Assembly: GCA_016867315.1 (NCBI GenBank) | Contig: VGJV01000001.1 | Coordinates: forward strand, 130,649 to 194,648 | DNA: 64,000 nucleotides | DNA from: Candidatus Liptonbacteria bacterium | Lineage (GTDB): Bacteria > Patescibacteriota > Minisyncoccia > UBA6257 > 2-01-FULL-56-20 | Reading direction: 5' to 3' | Shown: positions 53,883 through 63,339 of the stretch, piece after piece | How positions within the stretch are numbered: the first letter of the stretch is position 1 | How the letters are laid out: each line of letters starts with the position of its first letter | Translations under genes and position numbers: made by a program | Notes under the pieces: model-generated | The model's database searches: none | What the model was told of the DNA's origin: nothing | What the model saw: the letters and a program-made list of their open reading frames with translations, nothing else

Positions 53883-55211
53883 TTATTTTTTTTGGAAACT
53901 GGGCGTGCTGCGAAGCCAGTTTTCCAAGAGTAGCTTTATAATTCGTGTCTCCACAAATGATGGGAGAAACTCGAGAAGGAGGAGCTCGGCAAGTAAGCTT
54001 ACCACTCCATCAGGCCGGATAGTCCGATCGGGATCCTGAATCGTGCCTGTGAGGAATTTGTTCCGCTCATATCCCGTGATAATTCCCGGCCTTTCATTGG
54101 TGATCATTTCTGCCAGGATAATTACTCCCAATTTATGCATAAACTCTCTCCAAGGAGGGAATTCATCGGGGTTTTTCCCGAGGAGAATGCAGAAGTCGGC
54201 AGGTGCAGCTACAACTTCTGTAATCTCGGGCGTAATTTTCCCCGGAAGATCAGCGAGCACTATGTCTGCTCCCGAGCGCACGGTTTGGTGTACGTGTTCG
54301 AGTGCAGCCCATGCCATTTCTTGGGTCCAGGGACGTTTAAGCGCACTCGTTTCAGCTCTAATTTTGCCCCTACCCTTTTCGATGGCATCGCTCGTGGGGG
54401 TTGCGAGATCCATAGTAACTCGCTTTACCTGGAGTGTTGTATTTTCCCATCCCCGGTATGTCGAAAGAGTGTGAAGAATACATTGCATGTGCAACATGAG
54501 CGAGGTGGCAAGGGTGCTTTTCCCTACGCCAGGATTGCCGCCAATGACGCCGAAGAGACGCTTGCCTTTGAGATCGCATATCCTTCCAGCTTTGAGGTCT
54601 TGGAGCGTGAGCGCTGTAACTTCTTGGTTTCCTTCGCGCATGGAGATGGGGATGAATACTCGTCGCTCTCCCATGGGCCTACGTTGTCCGTTGATTTCCG
54701 AAATGTCTGGATCGGGAACATGATCGGGACCAATCCATTCTTTCCATGGACTTATTTTCCTGACCAGATATTGATTGAAATAAAGGACCGCTTTTTCAAG
54801 AATCTGTCGCGGCGTGTGGTGGTGCAAGGTGAGTCGCAGAAACCCCACCATCAGATTTCCCAGGCGTTTGTGGTGTTCCGCATCCATGCTGTTTCCTGAG
54901 AAGTAGTTCAGCATCTTGAGAAGAAGCGTCTGCTCTTCGTGCGGAGCCCGTTCCCTAATGAGTTCTTGGAGTTTATCCACGAGCCTGTTATCTTTGGATT
55001 TTTTGAGAAGTGCGATGCGGCAAACTGCTTCGTTCCCAAAAAAGTGGATCAGTGCAGCGCTTTCTCCATATCCTCCTTCGCGATGATGGTGGTATTTGAT
55101 AATCACCTCATTACTTAGCATTCCCAGTTTCCTGAACAGGAAGAAGGCGAATGCTACTGCGGGGGGGATGGGGTTGGGTACGAGAAAAACCCTTATGAGA
55201 AGTTTATCCAT
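53883..55211 (-). CDS. Hypothetical protein with a C-terminal P-loop NTPase-like domain
   Basis: GGNPGVGKST Walker A and IVLADLPG; AGGAGG Shine-Dalgarno. Confidence 0.7.
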   Translation of the reverse strand: MDKLLIRVFLVPNPIPPAVAFAFFLFRKLGMLSNEVIIKYHHHREGGYGESAALIHFFGNEAVCRIALLKKSKDNRLVDKLQELIRERAPHEEQTLLLKMLNYFSGNSMDAEHHKRLGNLMVGFLRLTLHHHTPRQILEKAVLYFNQYLVRKISPWKEWIGPDHVPDPDISEINGQRRPMGERRVFIPISMREGNQEVTALTLQDLKAGRICDLKGKRLFGVIGGNPGVGKSTLATSLMLHMQCILHTLSTYRGWENTTLQVKRVTMDLATPTSDAIEKGRGKIRAETSALKRPWTQEMAWAALEHVHQTVRSGADIVLADLPGKITPEITEVVAAPADFCILLGKNPDEFPPWREFMHKLGVIILAEMITNERPGIITGYERNKFLTGTIQDPDRTIRPDGVVSLLAELLLLEFLPSFVETRIIKLLLENWLRSTPSFQKK

Positions 55212-55355
55212 ACTTCCTCCTTCCTTGTTAAGTTTTCAATATACTGTCGGTGAGAGGCGGATGCCGCGCATTCAGTATTCACAACCTACCAAAAGCAAGG
55301 AGGGGAAGGCAAGAGACGCTCGCCTGAACCCGAATTTTCTTGTAGAATGGGAACC

Positions 55356-56609
55356 ATGCGAAAAGCGGACGAGGCACGGATTGAGCAGCTCCTCACGCGC
55401 AATGTGGAGCACGTGATCGATAAGGGGCACCTCAAAGAGAAGCTTCGAAGTGGGAAGAAGCTGCGCATTAAATTAGGAATCGATCCTACTTCTCCTGATT
55501 TACACCTCGGGCACGCAGTCGTGCTCTGGAAGCTTCGCGAGTTTCAGGATTTAGGGCACACGATTGTCCTTATTATCGGAGATTTTACTGCCCAAGTCGG
55601 AGACCCTTCCGGGAAGACTCGTACGCGTCCACCGCTTACGGAGGCCGAGGTGAAGCGTAATATGAAAGATTATATTGCGCAGGCTTCGCGGGTGCTCAAC
55701 ATGAGAAAAGTAGAAATTCACTACAACAGTGAATGGCTCAAAAAATTGGATGGGAAAAAGATGTTGCAGCTCCTTGCCTCGCTCACTACGCAGCAGATTT
55801 TGGAACGAGAAGATTTTCAGAAGCGATTGGGAGCGAATCAACCGGTGCATCTTCATGAGCTTATTTACCCCGTACTTCAGGCGTATGATTCCGTAGCTAT
55901 CAAGGCAGATTTGGAATGTGGCGGGACGGATCAGCTCTTGAATTTGCTTGTGGGTAGAACTCTTATGGGAAGGAGAGAGCTGCCCCCGCAAGATGTGCTT
56001 ACCGTGCCTCTCCTTGAGGGGCTTGATGGGGTACGCAAGATGAGCAAGAGCCTCAAGAATTATATTTCTCTTTCCGAAGAACCCCACGAAATGTATGGGA
56101 AAGTTATGTCTATCCCCGATTCTCTTATTGTTAGGTATTTTTGGCTTACCACTGATGTGGCGGAACGGGAAATAAAGGATTTTGAATTCAAGCTTGCAAA
56201 TCGCCAGGTGAATCCCAAAGAAGTGAAATCTCGTTTGGCATTTGAAATCGTGCAACGCTATCACGGAGAAAAAGCGGCGCAGGCGGCGATCGAGCGCTTC
56301 GATACATTGTTTTCTAAGGGAGAATTGAGCGGGGAACTTCCCACGCTTGTGTTGCAAAGTGCGAAAGCTGCGGAAGCGGTGCCCGCGCTCGAAGCTGTAA
56401 AAATTCCCGCGGTAGAAATTGTTGTAGCTTCGAAGCTTGCGGAGAGTAAGAGTGAAGCTCGCAGACTTGTGCTTCAAGGGGGCCTGCGCGTAAACAATGC
56501 CGCTTATAAAAACCCTGCCGAGCTTGTATTTATACGCACGGGAGATGCGGTGAAAATCGGGAAACGGCATTTTTTCCGGGTAAAAGTAGAGTTTCAGCCC
56601 GGGGCTTGA
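55356..56609 (+). CDS. tyrS: Tyrosine--tRNA ligase
   Basis: GIDPT, HLGH, GDPSGK, GGTDQ, KMSKS, C-terminal S4-like domain. Confidence 0.97.
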   Translation: MRKADEARIEQLLTRNVEHVIDKGHLKEKLRSGKKLRIKLGIDPTSPDLHLGHAVVLWKLREFQDLGHTIVLIIGDFTAQVGDPSGKTRTRPPLTEAEVKRNMKDYIAQASRVLNMRKVEIHYNSEWLKKLDGKKMLQLLASLTTQQILEREDFQKRLGANQPVHLHELIYPVLQAYDSVAIKADLECGGTDQLLNLLVGRTLMGRRELPPQDVLTVPLLEGLDGVRKMSKSLKNYISLSEEPHEMYGKVMSIPDSLIVRYFWLTTDVAEREIKDFEFKLANRQVNPKEVKSRLAFEIVQRYHGEKAAQAAIERFDTLFSKGELSGELPTLVLQSAKAAEAVPALEAVKIPAVEIVVASKLAESKSEARRLVLQGGLRVNNAAYKNPAELVFIRTGDAVKIGKRHFFRVKVEFQPGA

Positions 56610-56656
56610 GGAGGAGGAGGGAAGTAGGTAGTATGTGTAAGGCAAAAGTACCAGGC

Positions 56657-56727
56657 GCGGGTATCGTATAATGGCATTACCTCAGCTTTCCAAGCTGATG
56701 ACAGGGGTTCGATTCCCCTTACCCGCT
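56657..56727 (+). tRNA. tRNA-Gly(TCC)
   Basis: GCGGGTA/TACCCGC acceptor stem, TCAGC-TTTCCAA-GCTGA anticodon arm, GGTTCGATTCC T arm; CCA not encoded. Confidence 0.95.
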
Positions 56728-56913
56728 CACTGAAATTAAAACGCTCATCGTAAGGTGGGTGTTTTAATTTTAGCTTGATGAGTAGGGGAATCGAACTAGC
56801 AGCGCCCCGTGTTGGAGAGCGTGGAGAACCAGAAGTGTCCGCCGCGATCGCGCGCGGACCTTTCACGGGATTGATTATTTTTGGGGGATACGGTACAAAG
56901 TCTACGTATAGAC

Positions 56914-57501
56914 ATGTCTCGGCGCCTTACATTATTCGCAATATTTGCCTTTATCGTTCTCGGAGGATATGGGGTGAGTCGGCTGTTTTCTTTCTCCCGC
57001 ACTATTCCTTCAGAATTTCAGGATGCTCGGTTGCGCGGTGCCCTCATTGCGCAGAACATCGTGAATCTTTCGAACGATTCGGCGAAGAATTTAGAGAAGA
57101 TAAACGAGCTTGACAAGAAGGGGCAATTTACGGAGGCGCTTTCCATCACTACTGCCGCGGCCAAACAGAGCGCGGATATTCGAGATCAAGCAGTGGCGCT
57201 CGCGGATGAGATTGGGAATATGACCAAGGCGCTTTCGGGCATTCAAGATTTTGGAGCTCGACAAGCGGCGCTCGAGTCCATTGCGAGCCGGTTGGCGCTT
57301 TTGAATAGACTTATTAATTACAGTAATTATTTAAGCGAACTCACCCAAGCGCTCGAAGCTCGATTTAAAGGAGTGCCGGGAGCGGCGCGGCAAGTGGCAG
57401 TCATTGTGAATCAGATCAATGCGGAGGTACAGGCAATCAACACCTTCAACAGTCAAGCCGGCCAAGCCATGGATCGGTTTGATTCGATAACAAAGCAGTA
57501 G
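56914..57501 (+). CDS. Membrane-anchored coiled-coil hypothetical protein
   Basis: N-terminal TM followed by heptad-like helices. Confidence 0.75.
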   Translation: MSRRLTLFAIFAFIVLGGYGVSRLFSFSRTIPSEFQDARLRGALIAQNIVNLSNDSAKNLEKINELDKKGQFTEALSITTAAAKQSADIRDQAVALADEIGNMTKALSGIQDFGARQAALESIASRLALLNRLINYSNYLSELTQALEARFKGVPGAARQVAVIVNQINAEVQAINTFNSQAGQAMDRFDSITKQ

Positions 57502-57553
57502 CAGACTTTCGAACCTCTACTATGCTATAATTTAAGCATAGGTTGAAGGTTCT

Positions 57554-58222
57554 ATGGCTAAGAGAGCAGAGCAACAAATGGCTATTGAGTTGCGTAAACT
57601 CGGTAAGAGTTATCGAGAGATACGCAGCGTGTTAGGTGTGAGTAAAAGCACCTTGAGTTATTGGCTTCGTCCATTTCCTCTTTCTATGGAAAGATTACGA
57701 GAGGTTCGGGACTGGAATAGAAAAAGGATAGAAAATTATATTGCAACTCGTAGAAAGAAAAAGGAAGAGTTGTTGCATCAAATATATTCTGAGCAGGAGA
57801 AAGTTATTCTGCCTCTGAGTGACCGTGAACTCTTTTTAGGGGGACTTTTTCTTTACTGGGGAGAAGGCGCGAAATCGATGCGGGGAGAAATTTCGATTTC
57901 CAATACCAATCCGGGAATTATCAAGGCTTTTATACAGTGGGCGCAGCAGATTCTTAAGGTGGATCGCGGTCGTATTATTGTCAAACTACAGCTTTATTCT
58001 GATATGAATCCTCAAAAGGAAATGGGGATATGGGCGAAAGAGTTAGATATTCCTTTATCCCAATTTCGCTCTCCATATTTCAAAACCAGCAAATTTAATT
58101 CTCTTACTTACCGTAGGGGGTTCGGACATGGTACTTGCAATGTCTTTGTAAGAGATGCTACTTTAGCGAAGAAGGTTTTCATGGCATTGAAGGTTTTTGA
58201 AAATTACTTTAACGGCCTGTAG
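57554..58222 (+). CDS. HTH plus LAGLIDADG-like (LYWGEG) putative endonuclease
   Basis: GKSYREIRSVLGVSKSTLSYWL HTH; LGGLFLYWGEGAK motif; stop codon lies inside the tRNA. Confidence 0.75.
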   Translation: MAKRAEQQMAIELRKLGKSYREIRSVLGVSKSTLSYWLRPFPLSMERLREVRDWNRKRIENYIATRRKKKEELLHQIYSEQEKVILPLSDRELFLGGLFLYWGEGAKSMRGEISISNTNPGIIKAFIQWAQQILKVDRGRIIVKLQLYSDMNPQKEMGIWAKELDIPLSQFRSPYFKTSKFNSLTYRRGFGHGTCNVFVRDATLAKKVFMALKVFENYFNGL

Positions 58223-58283
58223 CTCAATGGAAGAGCGGATGTCTTATACACTTCTGACGGAGGTTCGATTCCTCCCAGGCCGA
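58213..58283 (+). tRNA. tRNA-Ile(TAT)
   Basis: CGGCCTG/CAGGCCG acceptor, GCTC/GAGC D arm, loop CT-TAT-AC, GGAGG-TTCGATT-CCTCC T arm; one U-U mismatch in the anticodon stem. Confidence 0.85.
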
Positions 58284-58334
58284 CAGAGTATTTACTTTTA
58301 TTTCGCTCTAGCGAAGGCACGTGCACCACTATGT

Positions 58335-59666
58335 CTATCGAGACCATTTCAGCTCTTCGATTCGAGCGCGGATCGATTGCATCTGTTGCAGGAGAGAGTT
58401 TAGCCGAGCGCGGAGCACTTCGAGGGGGCTAGTTTGAGTTTCTGCATCTTCTTCTTCAACTTTCAAATCCTCGCTGTTCCACCAAGGTACTATAAGAAAG
58501 CCGTCATCGTCGAAGCGCAGCCCGGCGCCTTCCGCGCGGGCGGAGGGTATTCCCATATCCGAGAGGGAGGCGAGGAGGGAGCGTGCGGGTTTCTGTACTT
58601 GTTTTTGCGCGTTGCCTGCGATTTCAATTTCGTATCGAAAGTATTTCACTCCAGGAATGTCTGGGGTGACATTTTTCGAAGGCTCTTTCTTGCTTAATGG
58701 GATTAGCACTCGACAGTTTGCATCGAGTGACTTATTTCCAACGCGTATGGAAGCGCACGTCACCTGTTTTTCTTCTACCTCAAACATGGAATACCCGGAG
58801 AAAGGAAGGAGTTCATATGCTTTTACGGAAAGTGGCACGACCCACACAGGATTGGTTTTGAAAAGAATGTCTTCGCCTTTCTCTGTTATTTTTGCAGTAA
58901 TTCTCCCCGTAATAATTCCTCCATCTGGAGAGATTGCTCCCACCCCACCCTCAATGCATCCTTTTATAAGATCTCCAGGAAGTGTTTTGCACACTTCTTT
59001 CATAGTGCTCGGAATGATCTTTCGGGCTTCGGGGACTGTGAGGGTGAGGAGAGCGGCCGAATTTTCTACTACCGAGAACTTGGTGGACATTCCTGGGGTT
59101 TGGGTAATTGTTTCCCCTGTTCCTTTGTACGGTCTCATCTCGATATCTGGTTCGTCTTCGGCTTCTTTCCACCCGGAATCTGTACCCTTGGGACCGGTGC
59201 ACGATTTTCGTTCTTTATTTTCTTCCACAAAAATGTCTCCCTGAACTACTTTCACAAGACTTCGGATGGCGGAGAGAAATGTGTGCTCCTCGGTGCAAGA
59301 GTGAATCCCATAAGCCTTTTTCCACCATTGCTTGTAAAGGGTAACCTTCTTTGTGGAACTTTTTTCAAGAGGTGTTCTTTGTAAGAAGCCGGCACCGGGG
59401 ATTTGTCCTATAATTTCTTTTTTAATGAAGTTTCCTCTTGGGCTATACTCTTTTTTTATTTCTGTGTAGTAACTTTGGATAGAGTTACACATGTCACTTT
59501 CCTTGGAAGTGCAGGTGTAGGTAATTTGCTCCGTCTTTTTATACGAGGGATAAGAAATTATAGCTCCGAGGTCCGTCGCTTCTGCGTGGTATGGATTAAG
59601 ATAGAGGAGCCCACAAGTACTTATCACGCTCGCAAATAGGAGCGTGTTGCGTACCGATTTTTTCAT
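58335..59666 (-). CDS. Secreted Cys-containing hypothetical protein
   Basis: Signal peptide, paired Cys, C-terminal coiled coil; -10 box 6 nt before the ATG. Confidence 0.75.
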   Translation of the reverse strand: MKKSVRNTLLFASVISTCGLLYLNPYHAEATDLGAIISYPSYKKTEQITYTCTSKESDMCNSIQSYYTEIKKEYSPRGNFIKKEIIGQIPGAGFLQRTPLEKSSTKKVTLYKQWWKKAYGIHSCTEEHTFLSAIRSLVKVVQGDIFVEENKERKSCTGPKGTDSGWKEAEDEPDIEMRPYKGTGETITQTPGMSTKFSVVENSAALLTLTVPEARKIIPSTMKEVCKTLPGDLIKGCIEGGVGAISPDGGIITGRITAKITEKGEDILFKTNPVWVVPLSVKAYELLPFSGYSMFEVEEKQVTCASIRVGNKSLDANCRVLIPLSKKEPSKNVTPDIPGVKYFRYEIEIAGNAQKQVQKPARSLLASLSDMGIPSARAEGAGLRFDDDGFLIVPWWNSEDLKVEEEDAETQTSPLEVLRARLNSLLQQMQSIRARIEELKWSR

Positions 59667-59688
59667 TCTTTCAGTATACCAAATCTTC

Positions 59689-61545
59689 CTACGCCCCCAC
59701 CGGTTTGATTTTGAAAGGCTTGAGGAGGCTCACAAATTCCTCTTGCTCCAGCGTTTCTCTTTCGATAAGTGCCCCCGCAATTGCTTTGAGGGCGGATTTA
59801 TGCGTACGGATCAATTTTTCCGCGGTGGTGTAAGCTCGCGCAATGAAGGATTTCACTTCTTCATCGATTTCCGCGGCTACTTTCTCCGAATAATCTTTTT
59901 CGGTGGCAATTTCTCTTCCCAGAAATATCATCTCTTCGGTTTTACCAAATGTTTGTGGGCCCAGTTTCTCGCTCATGCCATATCTCATTACCAGCCTTCT
60001 CGCGAGTTCGGTGGCTTGCTTCAGATCGCTCGAAGCGCCGGTGGAGACGTCTCCAAATGTAAGTTTTTCCGACACATAGCCGCCGAGCATCATGGCGAGA
60101 TCAGTCAAAAATTGCTGCCGCGTGCGGAGGTGCTGTTCTTCTATCGGCAGTTTCATCGTGTATCCTCCGGCAGTGCCTCGGCTGATAATCGAAACTTTGT
60201 GTATGGGATCCGCGTTTTTCAAGGAAGCGGCGGTTAACGCATGCCCGGCTTCGTGATATGCCGTAATTTCTTTTTCTCGGGGAGAAATGGCTCGGCTTTT
60301 CCGTTCCGGTCCTAGGAGGACCTTTTCCACGGAGCTGAAGAGATCTTCTTGAGTCACTTGTTTCTTATTTTGGCGGGCGGCAAGAATAGCAGCTTCATTC
60401 ATGAGATTCGCGATATCTGCGCCGGAGAAACCCGGAGTGCGAACTGCCACTTTGCGGAGATCTACCTCCGGAACAATCGCTTTGCCTCGCGCATGAATTT
60501 TTAGAATTTCTTCGCGGTCGTTCAAGTCGGGGAGATCCAAAATTACTCGACGGTCAAAGCGGCCTGGGCGGAGGAGAGCGGGGTCTAAAATATCGGGTCT
60601 GTTCGTCGCAGCGAGGACAATTACGCGAGTTTCGCGATCGAAGCCGTCCAGTTCCACGAGGATCTGGTTTAAGGTTTGTTCCCGTTCGTCGTTCCCGCCA
60701 CCGAGGCCGGCGCCACGCTGACGGCCTACCGCGTCTATTTCATCGATAAAAAGAATGGCCGGAGCGGCTTTCTTTGCGACTGCAAAGGCATCGCGTGTGC
60801 GGGAAGCTCCTACTCCTACAAAAAGTTCTACAAACTCAGAAGCAGATATATAGAAGAAGGGAACATTCGATTCGCCGGCGACTGCTCGCGCAATAAGGGT
60901 TTTGCCGGTGCCGGGAGGGCCCATGAGGAGTACGCCACGAGGAATTCTGGCGCCGAGATCCAAAAACTTTTTAGGGTTCTTCAAAAAATCTACAATTTCT
61001 ACTAGTTCTTCTTTGGCTTCTTTGAGGCCCGCCACGTCCTTAAAGGTAACCTTCTCTTTCTCAAAGGTGGTGAGGCGAATATTCGAGCGGCCGAAGCTGA
61101 AGGCTTGATTGGCTCCGCTTCTCGCCTGACGGAACATAAGCCAGAAGAAAAAGCCGATCGCGAGAATAGGAAGCAGCGTGGGGATCAAGATGCCTGCCCA
61201 GAATTGCCAACCGGAAGGGCTTTGCACCGCCATATTCACTTTTTGCAAAGCTTCCGGAGCTACTCCTAGATTTTTGAATGTCTCGGTAAATCCTGCCTCG
61301 GTTTCTTTTTTGGAGTAGGCGGTTTTATCATTTTGGAGTTTTACTACGAGATCATCTCCGTTCACTGTTACTTCTTTTACTTCTCCGGCGGCGATTTTTT
61401 GCGCGAGTTGGCTCAAACTCAATTTTTCCGGGGCAGGGGAATTCGCTCCAAAAAGCGAGAACAGAAACGAAATAAGTACTAAGGTGAGAAACGCCCAGGC
61501 GATATTTTTAAAGATATTGGACATATTGGAAGTGTTTTGATTCAT
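59689..61545 (-). CDS. ftsH: ATP-dependent zinc metalloprotease FtsH
   Basis: Two TMs, [32 protein letters not shown]; start uncertain. Confidence 0.97.
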   Translation of the reverse strand: MNQNTSNMSNIFKNIAWAFLTLVLISFLFSLFGANSPAPEKLSLSQLAQKIAAGEVKEVTVNGDDLVVKLQNDKTAYSKKETEAGFTETFKNLGVAPEALQKVNMAVQSPSGWQFWAGILIPTLLPILAIGFFFWLMFRQARSGANQAFSFGRSNIRLTTFEKEKVTFKDVAGLKEAKEELVEIVDFLKNPKKFLDLGARIPRGVLLMGPPGTGKTLIARAVAGESNVPFFYISASEFVELFVGVGASRTRDAFAVAKKAAPAILFIDEIDAVGRQRGAGLGGGNDEREQTLNQILVELDGFDRETRVIVLAATNRPDILDPALLRPGRFDRRVILDLPDLNDREEILKIHARGKAIVPEVDLRKVAVRTPGFSGADIANLMNEAAILAARQNKKQVTQEDLFSSVEKVLLGPERKSRAISPREKEITAYHEAGHALTAASLKNADPIHKVSIISRGTAGGYTMKLPIEEQHLRTRQQFLTDLAMMLGGYVSEKLTFGDVSTGASSDLKQATELARRLVMRYGMSEKLGPQTFGKTEEMIFLGREIATEKDYSEKVAAEIDEEVKSFIARAYTTAEKLIRTHKSALKAIAGALIERETLEQEEFVSLLKPFKIKPVGA

Positions 61546-61747
61546 TTCAGCATAGTAAAAAAGAACGCTCAAGTCAAAGAAAATTTTTGTTTGGGTGACG
61601 CGTCACCCTGATTAAATCTTCTTATTGTGGAGCTTTAGAGATGGTTATTGTATTAAGAAAACGAAGGTTTGGTTTAGTATTTGTTTTAATTTTGGCTATC
61701 CACAGAACGGATAGTTTACCTTATAAAAATAGATTTATAATTTAATT

Positions 61748-62242
61748 ATGCCGATTGTTTCCTGCAAAATCTGCAAAACAAAATTTTATGCGAAGCCTTT
61801 TTGGGTCGCGCGAGGTTTTGGGAAGTATTGTTCGGCAAATTGCCAACACATCGGAAGAAGGAATGGACGAATCGTGCTTTGTGAGATTTGTGGCAAGGAA
61901 GTTTATAAGCCAGGGAGAGCATTGAGACATTCGAAAAGTGGAAAACATTTTTGCGGTAGATCCTGCCAGACAAAATGGAGGAATATTGTTTTTGTGGGCA
62001 AGAGACATGCAAATTGGAGAACGGGACGGTTTGCTTATAAAACTGTTCTGCGGCGTCATAAAATCCCGGAAATATGTGGACTTTGTCGCACGAAAGATGG
62101 GAGAGTCTTGGCAACTCACCATATCGATGGTAATAATAAGAACCACTCCTTAAAGAATCTTATGTGGCTTTGTCATAATTGCCATTTTTTGATTCATCAT
62201 TATGATGAGGAGCGGAAGAAGCTTATGGTGCCCATAGTGTAA
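61748..62242 (+). CDS. HNH endonuclease with N-terminal zinc-ribbon repeats
   Basis: CxxC...CxxxC twice, then CGLC...HHIDGNNKN...NLMWLCHNCH; stop codon lies inside the tRNA. Confidence 0.85.
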   Translation: MPIVSCKICKTKFYAKPFWVARGFGKYCSANCQHIGRRNGRIVLCEICGKEVYKPGRALRHSKSGKHFCGRSCQTKWRNIVFVGKRHANWRTGRFAYKTVLRRHKIPEICGLCRTKDGRVLATHHIDGNNKNHSLKNLMWLCHNCHFLIHHYDEERKKLMVPIV

Positions 62243-62298
62243 CGGCAACACTAGAGTTTGTGGAACTCTCATTACGGGTTCGAATCCCGTTGGGCACC
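62227..62298 (+). tRNA. tRNA-His(GTG)
   Basis: G-1 plus GTGCCCA/TGGGCAC-C acceptor, AGAGT-TTGTGGA-ACTCT anticodon arm, GGTTCGAATCC T arm. Confidence 0.95.
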
Positions 62299-62397
62299 CA
62301 TGAATACGAAGTCGAATACTTGCCAGGTATGCCACGGGAGTCTTGTATCGGCAATATTGATTCGAGCCATAAAATCTTTATTCTAGAGATAACCGAT

Positions 62398-62913
62398 ATG
62401 AATCCTGAATCCCAAAACAAAAGGCCATCGTGGGACGAATATTTCATGAGTATCGCGGAGTTGGTGGGAAGCCGCGGGACCTGCTCGCGCGGGAGGTCGG
62501 GGTGCGTGGTGGCCAAAGACAAACGGATACTCGTCACGGGGTATGTGGGCTCGCCTGTGGGGCTGGCCCATTGCGATGATGTGGGGCACCAAATGCACCT
62601 CGTCACGCATGAGGATACTACGGTAACAGAACACTGTATTCGCACTGCGCATGCGGAGCAAAATGCTATCGCCCAAGCCGCGAAAATTGGGGTTTCTCTC
62701 GAGGGAGCGACGCTCTACTGTCACATGACTCCTTGTTACACCTGTGCGAAGATCTTGATCAACGCAGGAATAAAAAAGGTGGTGGCTTTGAAGGATTATC
62801 AGGCGAGCAAAGACACGAAAGAAGTTTTTGCGCAGAGCGGGGTGAAGCTCCAAGTTTTGAATCCCGAGGTCGAGGATTATTCGAGCGATCGCTTTATGAA
62901 ACATGAAGCTTAA
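62398..62913 (+). CDS. dCMP deaminase (ComEB-like)
   Basis: RPSWDEYFM, HAEQNAI, PCYTC. Confidence 0.92.
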   Translation: MNPESQNKRPSWDEYFMSIAELVGSRGTCSRGRSGCVVAKDKRILVTGYVGSPVGLAHCDDVGHQMHLVTHEDTTVTEHCIRTAHAEQNAIAQAAKIGVSLEGATLYCHMTPCYTCAKILINAGIKKVVALKDYQASKDTKEVFAQSGVKLQVLNPEVEDYSSDRFMKHEA

Positions 62914-63325
62914 ATTCAAAAAATTACATCCCGACGCGATAGTTCCCAAAGGAAATTATCAGGGAGACGCCGGCGTAGATTTGTTTACCGTGGAGGAGTT
63001 CGAGCTTGAACCGGGGGAGCGCAAGACGGTGCCGCTCGGATTTGCGCTGGAGATTCCCGAAGGGCACGTAGGACTCATTTGGGATAAAAGCGGTTTATCA
63101 CATAAGTACGGAGTCAAAACTTTTGGAGGGGTAATCGATGCGGGTTATCGAGGGGAGATGCACGTCGGGATTATGAATCTTTCCAATAAATTTTTCAGCT
63201 TTCAAAAAGGACACAAGATTGCCCAGCTTTTGATTCAGAAGGTGGAAAAACTGGAATTCGAAGAAGTCGATGAACTTTCGGAGTCGGATCGCGGGATGAA
63301 AGGGTTCGGGAGTAGCGGAAGATAA
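62903..63325 (+). CDS. dut: dUTP diphosphatase
   Basis: [34 protein letters not shown]. Confidence 0.96.
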   Translation: MKLKFKKLHPDAIVPKGNYQGDAGVDLFTVEEFELEPGERKTVPLGFALEIPEGHVGLIWDKSGLSHKYGVKTFGGVIDAGYRGEMHVGIMNLSNKFFSFQKGHKIAQLLIQKVEKLEFEEVDELSESDRGMKGFGSSGR

Positions 63326-63339
63326 TTACCAACAAACCG

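Noticed and set aside
55551-56645. Long antisense ORFs (364 aa opposite tyrS; also 10953-11798, 30814-31494, 49958-50650, 54135-54899)
   Set aside because: Shadows of well-supported genes on the other strand, with no motifs of their own
61696-61704. CTATCCACA DnaA-like box upstream of ftsH/HNH
   Set aside because: A single one-mismatch box is expected by chance in 64 kb
62260-62397. N-terminal extension of the dCMP deaminase
   Set aside because: Runs through tRNA-His; family similarity begins near 62398
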